64,000 bases of DNA from Candidatus Omnitrophota bacterium. Lineage in GTDB: Bacteria > Omnitrophota > Gorgyraeia > Gygaellales > Profunditerraquicolaceae. This document shows positions 54,425 to 64,000 of the stretch, one piece after another (positions within the stretch are counted from its first letter, which is position 1; each line of letters opens with the position of its first letter). Where the stretch lies: contig JALOQK010000002.1 of the NCBI GenBank assembly GCA_025453395.1, positions 474,509 through 538,508 of the forward strand, written 5' to 3'. Under the pieces are notes generated by a model. That model saw nothing but the letters and a program-made list of their open reading frames with translations. It was not told the DNA's origin and searched no databases. The position numbers were made by a program, and so were the translations under genes.

Positions 54425-55630
54425 TTAATTTACAAATAAATTAAGCTGCAATATCGGCAAAAGCATGGCAATTATAACATAACTTAACACTATGCCCACG
54501 ATAAGTATCGTAACCGGCTCAAGGTACGAAGTAATGACTTTAAGGGCATCATCGGTATCTTCCTGAAAATAGCGCGCGATTTCCGCGAACATCTCATCAA
54601 GCCTGCCGGATTCCTCTCCGACGCTAACCAAATTCCCAAAGAATTTAGGCAGGATATTTGATTTCTTTAAATCCACCCCCCAAGCGCCACCCGATCTTAT
54701 CCTTTCAGATGCCGAAGAAATTTCTTTCTTTATGGCTTCATTGTCCATAACAGGTATAGCTAAATCTACGGCCTTTAAAATATTAATTCCGCTTTTAAGT
54801 GAAAGTTCCAAAGAGGCGCTAAAACGCGCCAACTCTGATTTCACAATGAAACCATTATATAAAGGAATTGCTAAAAGCACTTTGCTTAATAGGATTTTAT
54901 TGCGCTTGGCTATATTTCTTAGCACGAAAACTATTAAAATACACGCCAACAAGAACCAAATAAAATAAGACTTTAACAACTGGCTTGCCCAAAGGAGACT
55001 ACTGGTTACCCAGGGAAGCTGTTGCTCTAAATTAACATACATAGAGCTTATTTTGGGGACAACAAACACAAGCATAAAAACTACCGTAGCAAGTCCTACC
55101 AGCAACATAAAACAAGGATATATTAAGGCAAATTTCACTTTTTTGCGCAGTTCATGCTCCTTTATAAGGTACCCGCCTACTCTATCCAAAGCTAAAGATA
55201 AATTGCCGGTATTTTCTCCGGATCTTATAATAGCTATGTATAACCCGGGAAAGACCAGAGGATATTTAGCCAAACAAATCGATAAGGCCGCGCCGGATCT
55301 TACGTCAGCAATAATCTCATCTATAATCTGGGACAGGCCGTTACTTGCGGTTTGTTCTTCTATTATGGCAAGGGCCTTTAATATGGGCACACCGGTTTTT
55401 ACCAAACGCGAAAGCTGGCCTGTAAAGATAATAACCTGTTTTAAGGAAACTTTGGAATGAGCCTGGCTATAGCTTGTGCGCTGCAGATCTCCAGAAACAA
55501 GCTCTAACTTAACAGGCACCAGGCCCTGGCGGTTAAGTAAATCCACAGCGGCATCTCTGTTAGAGGCCTCGAGTATCCCTTCTTTTAGCTCTGTGGGGCT
55601 TTTTTTAGCTGTATATTTAAAATTAGGCAT
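54425..55630 (-). CDS. gspF: Type II secretion / type IV pilus platform protein (GspF/PilC family)
   Basis: 401 aa with two repeated cytoplasmic domains separated by TM helices. Characteristic ...GENTGNLS.. and ...GEESGRLDEM.. repeat motifs of GspF/PilC. Confidence 0.85.
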   Translation of the reverse strand: MPNFKYTAKKSPTELKEGILEASNRDAAVDLLNRQGLVPVKLELVSGDLQRTSYSQAHSKVSLKQVIIFTGQLSRLVKTGVPILKALAIIEEQTASNGLSQIIDEIIADVRSGAALSICLAKYPLVFPGLYIAIIRSGENTGNLSLALDRVGGYLIKEHELRKKVKFALIYPCFMLLVGLATVVFMLVFVVPKISSMYVNLEQQLPWVTSSLLWASQLLKSYFIWFLLACILIVFVLRNIAKRNKILLSKVLLAIPLYNGFIVKSELARFSASLELSLKSGINILKAVDLAIPVMDNEAIKKEISSASERIRSGGAWGVDLKKSNILPKFFGNLVSVGEESGRLDEMFAEIARYFQEDTDDALKVITSYLEPVTILIVGIVLSYVIIAMLLPILQLNLFVN

Positions 55631-55631
55631 A

Positions 55632-57791
55632 TTAAGTCCTTATTTTGCTGCGCTCAATTATAAGCCTGTTTAACTTAGCCCTGTCCGCTCCCGATAGATC
55701 CAGAAAACATATCGCGATATGGTAACTTATGCCATCTTCAACTTCTTCTACCCTGACAACCCTGCTTAAGCAATTTATATTTATTTCCGAAGAGATATTA
55801 ATGCTGATGTCTAAGATCGCGCCTAAAACAAGCGGCTCATGATAACTAAAAAGCACGCCCCCGCCACCAACGTTCTTAGTCATCGTGTTTATATACGGCA
55901 TATCCTGGGTAGGAAATTTATGCTCTTTGGAATAAAATTTCCAGGAAAACGGGATATTAATCGGCAAGCGCGGAAAAAGCCGGCGGGTGTGCGAATCATC
56001 GTATTGTAACGAATCCGTTTCTATAGTAGCCAACGGCGCGGGCTGAACAAACGATTCTTCAGGCTCATCAGCATAATCCTGCTCGGTAACTTTAATAATT
56101 TCTTCAGCGGTAGTAACTCCGGTAATAACCTTTTCCCAACCGTCTTTCCTTAAGGTGCGCATCCCTTCTGAAATAGCCAAAGACCTTAACATCTTTGAAG
56201 ACGGTTTATTAAGAATCGCATCTTTCATGGTAGAATCCATAAAAAGTATTTCAAATATGCCTGTGCGGCCGTGGAAACCTGTAAAGTTGCAAGATTCACA
56301 GCCTGACCCCGTGTAAAGCTTGATTTCCTCCGGGCAGACAATGCCTAATTCTTTGGATATTTGAAGTTTTAGCTTTTGTTTATTAGAGGTATCCTCTTTC
56401 TTGCAAAATGGGCAGATAACCCTGACCAAGCGCTGGGCGATAAAAGCGTCAACGCTTGAAGAAATCAGAAATGCTGGCACTCCTATATCTATCAATCTTG
56501 TAATACCGCTTGGCGCGTCATTGGTATGCAGAGTTGAGAACACTAAATGTCCGGTCAAAGCAGAACGCATGGCGATTTCCGCGGTCTCTAAATCCCTTAC
56601 CTCTCCGATCATGATCACGTCCGGATCATGCCTTAAAATAGACCTCAAGCCCTTCGCGAAAGTAAGCCCTATTTCAGAAGAAACTTGGATTTGCACTAAC
56701 CCGGGTATTTCATATTCCACCGGATCCTCTATGGTGACAATCTTCTTTTCTTTTTTATCAATGCGCGATAGACAGGTATAAAGAGTGGTAGTCTTACCGC
56801 TTCCGGTAGGGCCTGTGACAAAAATAATGCCATGCGGCTTGCTTATTAAATTCTCAAATGTCTTTATGTCAGAGGATGAAAGCCCAAGCTTGCCTAAATC
56901 AAAGGTCATTTGGGAAGGCAGTATGCGGATAACCAGGCTTTCGCCATATACGGTAGGGATAAATGATACCCTTAGGTCTAATACCTCATTTTGCACCTTG
57001 ACCACCGCTCTTCCGTCTTGAGGAAGTCGGCGCTCCACAATATTAAGGTTGGCCATAATCTTAATCCTGGAAAGCACTGGTTTCAGGTATGGTTTTATCT
57101 GGCTGGAAAGGCTTGTATCGTACAGAACCCCATCTATGCGATAACGCACGTTAAACTCTCCCCGGCAAGGCTCAATATGAATATCAGTCGCGCGTTTTTT
57201 ATAGGCCTCAAGTATAATTTGATTAACCAGCCTTACTATTGATTTATCATCCGCCAATTTATCTATATCGGAAATCTCTTCCTTGGAAGCTGTATCCAGT
57301 TTAATATTCTCGCTCATGGATTCATCGGAAGTAATCGCTCCCGCAACATCAGCCCCTAAGCCATAAAGCGCGTTAATTTGCTCCAACACATCAGACTCAT
57401 TAGCCATAACCATTTTTATTTCATAACCAAAATGCAGCCTTAATTCATCCTGTGTTTTTATATCAAGCGGATAAATCAATGCTATAGTAAGAAGCCTGCC
57501 CTCTATGCTTACCGGGACAAAACGATAGTGCCACGCGAATTTATAAGGAATGACTTCCGACAAGCGTTTATCTATCTTGATTGAATTAATCTCTAAATAA
57601 GGCAGGCCAAGATCAGATGACAGATTCTTTATGATACTTGTTTCATTGACTAAATTCTCTTTCACCAAAAGGCCAAGAACCGATTTATCAGATGACGCGT
57701 TATTCCTGATAAGCCTTGATAAAACATCCTCTGGAACTATGGCATTCTTGCGCACATAAGATAAGATTATTTCATCAAATTTTGAGTTCAT
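55632..57791 (-). CDS. gspE: GspE/PilB-family assembly ATPase with N-terminal GSPII_E_N domain and an additional C-terminal PilZ-like domain
   Basis: Walker A GPTGSGKTTT, Asp/His boxes and the tetracysteine CPFC...CESC zinc motif. After the ATPase core (to about aa 570) a ~130-aa C-terminal extension carries RRLFPR (RxxxR) and, 34 aa later, TKNVGGGGVLF (a D/NxSxGG-like motif): the two-part PilZ c-di-GMP-binding signature. Confidence 0.85.
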   Translation of the reverse strand: MNSKFDEIILSYVRKNAIVPEDVLSRLIRNNASSDKSVLGLLVKENLVNETSIIKNLSSDLGLPYLEINSIKIDKRLSEVIPYKFAWHYRFVPVSIEGRLLTIALIYPLDIKTQDELRLHFGYEIKMVMANESDVLEQINALYGLGADVAGAITSDESMSENIKLDTASKEEISDIDKLADDKSIVRLVNQIILEAYKKRATDIHIEPCRGEFNVRYRIDGVLYDTSLSSQIKPYLKPVLSRIKIMANLNIVERRLPQDGRAVVKVQNEVLDLRVSFIPTVYGESLVIRILPSQMTFDLGKLGLSSSDIKTFENLISKPHGIIFVTGPTGSGKTTTLYTCLSRIDKKEKKIVTIEDPVEYEIPGLVQIQVSSEIGLTFAKGLRSILRHDPDVIMIGEVRDLETAEIAMRSALTGHLVFSTLHTNDAPSGITRLIDIGVPAFLISSSVDAFIAQRLVRVICPFCKKEDTSNKQKLKLQISKELGIVCPEEIKLYTGSGCESCNFTGFHGRTGIFEILFMDSTMKDAILNKPSSKMLRSLAISEGMRTLRKDGWEKVITGVTTAEEIIKVTEQDYADEPEESFVQPAPLATIETDSLQYDDSHTRRLFPRLPINIPFSWKFYSKEHKFPTQDMPYINTMTKNVGGGGVLFSYHEPLVLGAILDISINISSEININCLSRVVRVEEVEDGISYHIAICFLDLSGADRAKLNRLIIERSKIRT

Positions 57792-57804
57792 AAATTCTAA
57801 AAGG

Positions 57805-60178
<2,374 letters not shown>

Positions 60179-60190
60179 GCGCGCCCTAAG

Positions 60191-60934
60191 TTAAACCCTC
60201 TCCTCGATATGCTGTTTTTCTGCTAAAACTATCTCATTAATTTTAGAGGCAAGGCTGCCATCCAATGTCAAAGTGCCGAACCTCAAGATAGCCCCTGCCA
60301 ATACCGAATTATCTATTGTCTCATTCAACGAGAGACCCTTTTTAAGCTTAACGGATAAAAGCTCGCCTATTTTAGAGCGTTGTTTATCATCCAAGGGCAT
60401 AGCGCAAACAACATCCACGGAATTGACCCCTGAATCAATAGTCCCAAAATTAGCGTTCTCCAGCTCTTTTAAGAATTCATCCCACAGGATATTATTGATT
60501 TGGGTTACCGCGGTTTTGCTTAAGATGCGCGAAATCATCGAGCCGCAACGCTCCACCATTTTAGTTTCTGTCTCTTTGCGAATATCATCATGTATCTTAT
60601 TTATTGTCTTTTGGGCCTTAGTAATGATATCTTCACTTTCAACCTTGGCACGCTTAAAAGCGCTTTCCTTGATCTCATAGGCCTCTTGAGTGGCCTTATC
60701 TTTTATTTCACTGGCTACATTTTCCGCCTCTTGCTTTTTCCTATTATATTCGTCCTCTATTTCTTTAATCCTCTGCGCTATTTCATCCTTCTTCTTTTTG
60801 ACATCTTCATAAGAAGTCTCAAGCCTATTTACGGAACTTTCCGTATCCTTGGTCAAGACTAATTTTAGAAAAAATATAACTACGCCAAAAATAATGGTCT
60901 GAACAACAATAAGTTTAATTAGAAAATCCCCCAT
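60191..60934 (-). CDS. atpF: F-type ATP synthase b subunit carrying a delta (OSCP)-like C-terminal domain
   Basis: N-terminal TM (LIKLIVVQTIIFGVVIFFLKLVL) and a long charged coiled coil typical of b. The last ~110 aa (...IDNSVLAGAILRFGTLTLDGSLASKINEI) match the delta C-terminal IDPSLIGG..V..GD.ViDgSv pattern. No separate delta gene is present. Confidence 0.6.
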   Translation of the reverse strand: MGDFLIKLIVVQTIIFGVVIFFLKLVLTKDTESSVNRLETSYEDVKKKKDEIAQRIKEIEDEYNRKKQEAENVASEIKDKATQEAYEIKESAFKRAKVESEDIITKAQKTINKIHDDIRKETETKMVERCGSMISRILSKTAVTQINNILWDEFLKELENANFGTIDSGVNSVDVVCAMPLDDKQRSKIGELLSVKLKKGLSLNETIDNSVLAGAILRFGTLTLDGSLASKINEIVLAEKQHIEERV

Positions 60935-60943
60935 AAATTCTCC

Positions 60944-61159
60944 TTATTTAGCTCCAAAAAGCTGAAAAATAACTAACAGTCCTAAAATAGCCAACACCTC
61001 TACAAAAACAAGTATGATTATTGTACCCATTAATATTTTTGATGCCGACGATGGATTTCTCCCCAGCGCCTTTATGGTAGAATAACCTATAGCGGCAATA
61101 ACCGCTGAAGGCCCTAAAATTACAACCCCGACTATTAAAAGCACAATAACTGTATTCAT
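60944..61159 (-). CDS. atpE: F-type ATP synthase c subunit (proteolipid)
   Basis: 71 aa, two hydrophobic helices with a loop (GRNPSSASK) and the conserved carboxylate in helix 2 (FVEVLAILGL). Confidence 0.75.
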   Translation of the reverse strand: MNTVIVLLIVGVVILGPSAVIAAIGYSTIKALGRNPSSASKILMGTIIILVFVEVLAILGLLVIFQLFGAK

Positions 61160-61405
61160 CTAATCTCCCACCTCAACTATGGCCACACAATCATTTCTTA
61201 AGAATTTAATTATCCCTCTGTTAATGCTTATCGCCTCTTGCCAATCTATGATAATATCCCCTTTGCCCAAAAGACTCATGATCGGGTAATGGCAAGATAA
61301 AAGCTCAAACTCTCCTTTTTCTCCTGGGACAAAAACAGTAGAAACATCTCCTTTATAGAGAATAGAATCGATATCCAGCACCGTAAAGAAAAATTTACCG
61401 ATCAT
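61160..61405 (-). CDS. atpC: F-type ATP synthase epsilon subunit, beta-sandwich domain only (C-terminal helical hairpin absent)
   Basis: 81 aa. FTVLDIDSILYKGDVSTVFVPGEKGEFELLSCHYPIMSLLGKGDIII parallels the epsilon N-terminal pattern (L.VV..E...F.G.V..V.V.G.EGE.GIL.GH.PL...L..G...I). Confidence 0.6.
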   Translation of the reverse strand: MIGKFFFTVLDIDSILYKGDVSTVFVPGEKGEFELLSCHYPIMSLLGKGDIIIDWQEAISINRGIIKFLRNDCVAIVEVGD

Positions 61406-61406
61406 C

Positions 61407-62924
61407 CTATTTATTCGCTGAAATGGTAATTTCCTGAACAGCAGCTTCTTGTTCCTGCCCTTCAGCAGCTCTTTTTTCCATAAGCACTTTCAGGTAATCA
61501 TTGATCAGAAAAATCAACTCTTGCTCAATGCCTTCATCAAAATCCCTTTTAGCGCGCAGCTTTTGTAAAACTTCAGGATTCCGCTTAAACGCAAAATCAT
61601 ATATTTCTTCTTTAAATATAGCGATCTCTCCCATTTCCAGATCTTCCAATAAGCCTTTATTATGAGCTAAGAACATAAGCACTTCCCCTTCCATGGGTAC
61701 CGGCTTATCGCGGTCTTGTTTTAAAAGCTCATACAAAATCTTGCCCTTACCCAATTCCCTCTCTGTTTCTTCGCTCTGACCGGAAGCCTTAAGCCGTGAC
61801 AAACGCTGCAATTCTTCAAAACGCACATATTCAAGACGCAGGGTCTTACTTACCTTTTTTATCGCCGGCCATTGCACTTTGCTTCCGATACGGGAAACTG
61901 ATAAACCTATACCGACCGCTGGCTTAAAGGCATCATTAAAAAGCTGCGCGCTTAAATAAAGCTGTCCATCGGTCATAGATACTAAATTTGATGGCACATA
62001 ACCTGTTAAATCGCCTTCCAGAAGTTCAACAATAGGCAAAAATGTCATTGAGCCTCCGCCTTTTTCTTTATTTAATTTAGCCGCGCGCTCAATCATTCTG
62101 GAATGCAAATAAAATACATCTCCCGGATAAGATTCTCTTCCGGGGGGCCTGCCTAAAATAAGCGATATTTCTCGATATGCCCAGGCATGCTTGGTAAAAT
62201 CATCAAAGATTACCAGCACATCCCTGCCTTGATTCATAAAAAGCTCGCCTATGGAACTAGCCACGTATGGCGCCAGATACATCTGCCCCGGAGGCTGCCC
62301 CGCCATAGCAGCGACAATGATCCCGTAATCAAACATATCGAATTTCTTAAACAACTCCACAACCCTGCTCATGGCTGCTTTAGATTTACCAATTGAACAG
62401 TATATACAAATAACGTTCTTACCTTTTTGATTAATAATAATGTCAGTACAGAGAGTCGTCTTGCCGGTCATTTTATCTCCTAATATAAGCTCTCTCTGTC
62501 CTTTGCCAATGGGGATTATGGTATCTATTATTTTTATCCCCGTCTCAAGCGTTTCTTTGATAATTTCTCTCTCCAGGATAGACGGAGCTTCAGGAAAAAT
62601 AGGAAGATAAACTTCTGGAGGGATAACTCCCAAGCCATCCAAAGGCTCACCTAAAACATTAACCATGCGCCCCAGATATTTACTGCTTACGGGGACATTG
62701 AACGGCTCCAAGGTCATGGTTGCGGTATCTCCGGTTTTTATCGGCTCCTGCTCTTTAACAATAAGAACTTGCGTTTCATCCTCAGAAAAACCAATAATCA
62801 TGCCCAGCGTACCATAACCAAATCTAATCAACTGCCCATTAATACAATGTTCAAGGCCTTTAATGGTCACAATACAACCGCGGACCGCTTTAACCAAACC
62901 AAACTCTTTATACTGTAGGCTCAT
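61407..62924 (-). CDS. atpA: F-type ATP synthase F1 alpha subunit
   Basis: 505 aa. Walker A GDKMTGKTTLCTDIIINQKGKNVICIYCSIGKSKAAMSRV matches alpha GDRQTGKTA...IINQKG...CIYVAIGQKAS (recalled from memory). Confidence 0.9.
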   Translation of the reverse strand: MSLQYKEFGLVKAVRGCIVTIKGLEHCINGQLIRFGYGTLGMIIGFSEDETQVLIVKEQEPIKTGDTATMTLEPFNVPVSSKYLGRMVNVLGEPLDGLGVIPPEVYLPIFPEAPSILEREIIKETLETGIKIIDTIIPIGKGQRELILGDKMTGKTTLCTDIIINQKGKNVICIYCSIGKSKAAMSRVVELFKKFDMFDYGIIVAAMAGQPPGQMYLAPYVASSIGELFMNQGRDVLVIFDDFTKHAWAYREISLILGRPPGRESYPGDVFYLHSRMIERAAKLNKEKGGGSMTFLPIVELLEGDLTGYVPSNLVSMTDGQLYLSAQLFNDAFKPAVGIGLSVSRIGSKVQWPAIKKVSKTLRLEYVRFEELQRLSRLKASGQSEETERELGKGKILYELLKQDRDKPVPMEGEVLMFLAHNKGLLEDLEMGEIAIFKEEIYDFAFKRNPEVLQKLRAKRDFDEGIEQELIFLINDYLKVLMEKRAAEGQEQEAAVQEITISANK

Positions 62925-62933
62925 ACTTTCAAG

Positions 62934-62962
62934 ATTATATCACAAATTTCCTATATGCTCAA
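62934..62962 (-). promoter_or_regulatory. Candidate sigma70-like promoter with extended -10 (TTGAGC-17-TGATATAAT) upstream of atpA
   Basis: Lies in the 51-nt gap between the coiled-coil gene and atpA. The atpA ATG follows about 9 nt after the -10 hexamer, implying a very short leader and no obvious Shine-Dalgarno sequence. Confidence 0.35.
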
Positions 62963-62975
62963 TACCGCAAAACTT

Positions 62976-64000
62976 CTATTTAACTTCAGACTGCTGCTTA
63001 GGCTTGGTGATTTTATTATACTTAGCAGAACCTGTATCCGCCTTAAGCCTTCTATACCAAAAAAGCCCCACGAAGATGCTAAATATAATCAGGAATATAA
63101 TAACAATTAAAAAAACCTGCCAGACTTCTGCTTTGGGAATATTCTCCTTTTTCTTTATATCGGCAATCTTAAGCTGAGCCTGAGGGTCTTGCTCTTTTAA
63201 GACGCTAAAAAATTCCTGCGCGCGCACAATATCAGCAATTAACCCCTTCATCTTATCCAAGCTCTGCTTGATTTTCTTTTCGCGCTCGAGGTTGTCATTA
63301 TAAAGCGATATCTTATCCCTGATACCAGAAGCTGTTTTCTGAGTTTCTAGTATCTCCTGCGAGCTCTTAGTTATATCAGAAAGAAGCATATCCCCTAATT
63401 TATTATATTTGGTTTCTTTTAATATGCTCTTGAAATCATCCGCCTCGCGCGCATATTTATCCATTAATTCCGGGGAAAAACTCCACATATCCTTTATTTC
63501 CAATTCATATTTCTTGCGTTCTCCGGCTTTCAGCTTTTCTTTTTTACTTAAATAATACTGCCCTACCTTGTTATCATAGCCGATATCAAATCCGGGATTA
63601 GAAACCAGATATTCTGGCTGCACGCCTTTAGGCAGGTAACTTGTTACTGTTGTTTCCGCCTCTTCCTCTGCTGTATTAGTAGCCTCTACAACATAACGCA
63701 CGGTGCGCGCGTTTTCCATTCCAGAAGACTTAATTGCCAAATAATCCAAAGATAAAATATCATTCTCCAGTTGTGACAAGCGTTCCTTATTCGCGCGATA
63801 CAAACCGATCTTGCGCTCAATATCACCAGCGGCTTCGGTTTGCGACTTTGATATATCATCCAGCTTAAGATTAATATTATCGGCCAACATCTTAGCGGTA
63901 TCGTAACTTGATGAATTCTTCATCGTATTTAACTTCTCGCCAAGTTTATTTCTTAGGCTATCCACTTTGTCGCTAGGAATATCCCACTTGTCCTGTATGA
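62976..64000 (-). CDS. Coiled-coil protein with a C-terminal transmembrane anchor; the 5' end lies beyond the window
   Basis: The track start at 63965 is a GTG and the frame stays open to the window edge. The protein is mostly charged/helical (predicted coiled coil) with a single TM near the C-terminus (VWQVFLIVIIFLIIFSIFVGLFWY) and a short basic tail. Confidence 0.4.
   Translation of the reverse strand, partial: IQDKWDIPSDKVDSLRNKLGEKLNTMKNSSSYDTAKMLADNINLKLDDISKSQTEAAGDIERKIGLYRANKERLSQLENDILSLDYLAIKSSGMENARTVRYVVEATNTAEEEAETTVTSYLPKGVQPEYLVSNPGFDIGYDNKVGQYYLSKKEKLKAGERKKYELEIKDMWSFSPELMDKYAREADDFKSILKETKYNKLGDMLLSDITKSSQEILETQKTASGIRDKISLYNDNLEREKKIKQSLDKMKGLIADIVRAQEFFSVLKEQDPQAQLKIADIKKKENIPKAEVWQVFLIVIIFLIIFSIFVGLFWYRRLKADTGSAKYNKITKPKQQSEVK

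Noticed and set aside
57792-57804. Terminator or promoter between atpD and gspE
   Set aside because: The gap is only 13 nt, with no hairpin or hexamers. The genes are most likely co-transcribed.

Overview
This low-GC window (roughly 37-40% GC by eye) is almost completely coding. A single co-directional minus-strand block of about 47 tightly packed or overlapping genes (232-47368) encodes an unusually elaborate glycan-biosynthesis locus. It contains 10 radical SAM enzymes: six with C-terminal Cys-rich SPASM/twitch-like regions and four tandem cobalamin-binding class B enzymes. It also contains eight GT2 glycosyltransferases, a GT9 heptosyltransferase-like gene, and an ArnT/PMT-like GT-C. A YfhO-like GT-C appears to be split across two overlapping ORFs. 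Nucleotide-sugar pathways are well represented. For CDP-3,6-dideoxyhexose there are RfbF, RfbG and RfbH plus a YerE-like ThDP enzyme. For GDP-heptose there are a transaldolase, GmhA, HddA and an HddC-GmhB fusion. A NeuB-like nonulosonic acid synthase is present. Other genes include an E2-less ThDP E1 alpha/beta pair, two SAM methyltransferases, an FkbM-family methyltransferase, a DUF362-ferredoxin, a metallophosphoesterase and an S41 peptidase. A single plus-strand gene (47515-50028) encodes an 837-aa GT-C membrane protein. It carries a WWCPG motif where STT3/AglB/PglB oligosaccharyltransferases carry WWDYG, and it is transcribed divergently from the sugar operon off a sigma70-like promoter pair. 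Downstream on the minus strand is a type IV pilus / T2SS-like cluster: a GspE ATPase with a C-terminal PilZ-like domain, GspF, four pseudopilins, GspL-like and GspM-like genes, but no secretin or prepilin peptidase in the window. That cluster abuts an F-type ATP synthase operon with non-canonical gene order (alpha, truncated epsilon, c, b with a delta-like C-terminus, gamma, N-extended beta) and no a subunit in the window. I found no rRNA, tRNA, CRISPR or mobile-element signatures. All calls rest on motif recognition in the supplied translations and are unverified by any search. The ORF track treats GTG and TTG as M, so some N-termini are over-extended. I adjusted four starts: rfbF, rfbH, one pseudopilin and one small membrane protein.
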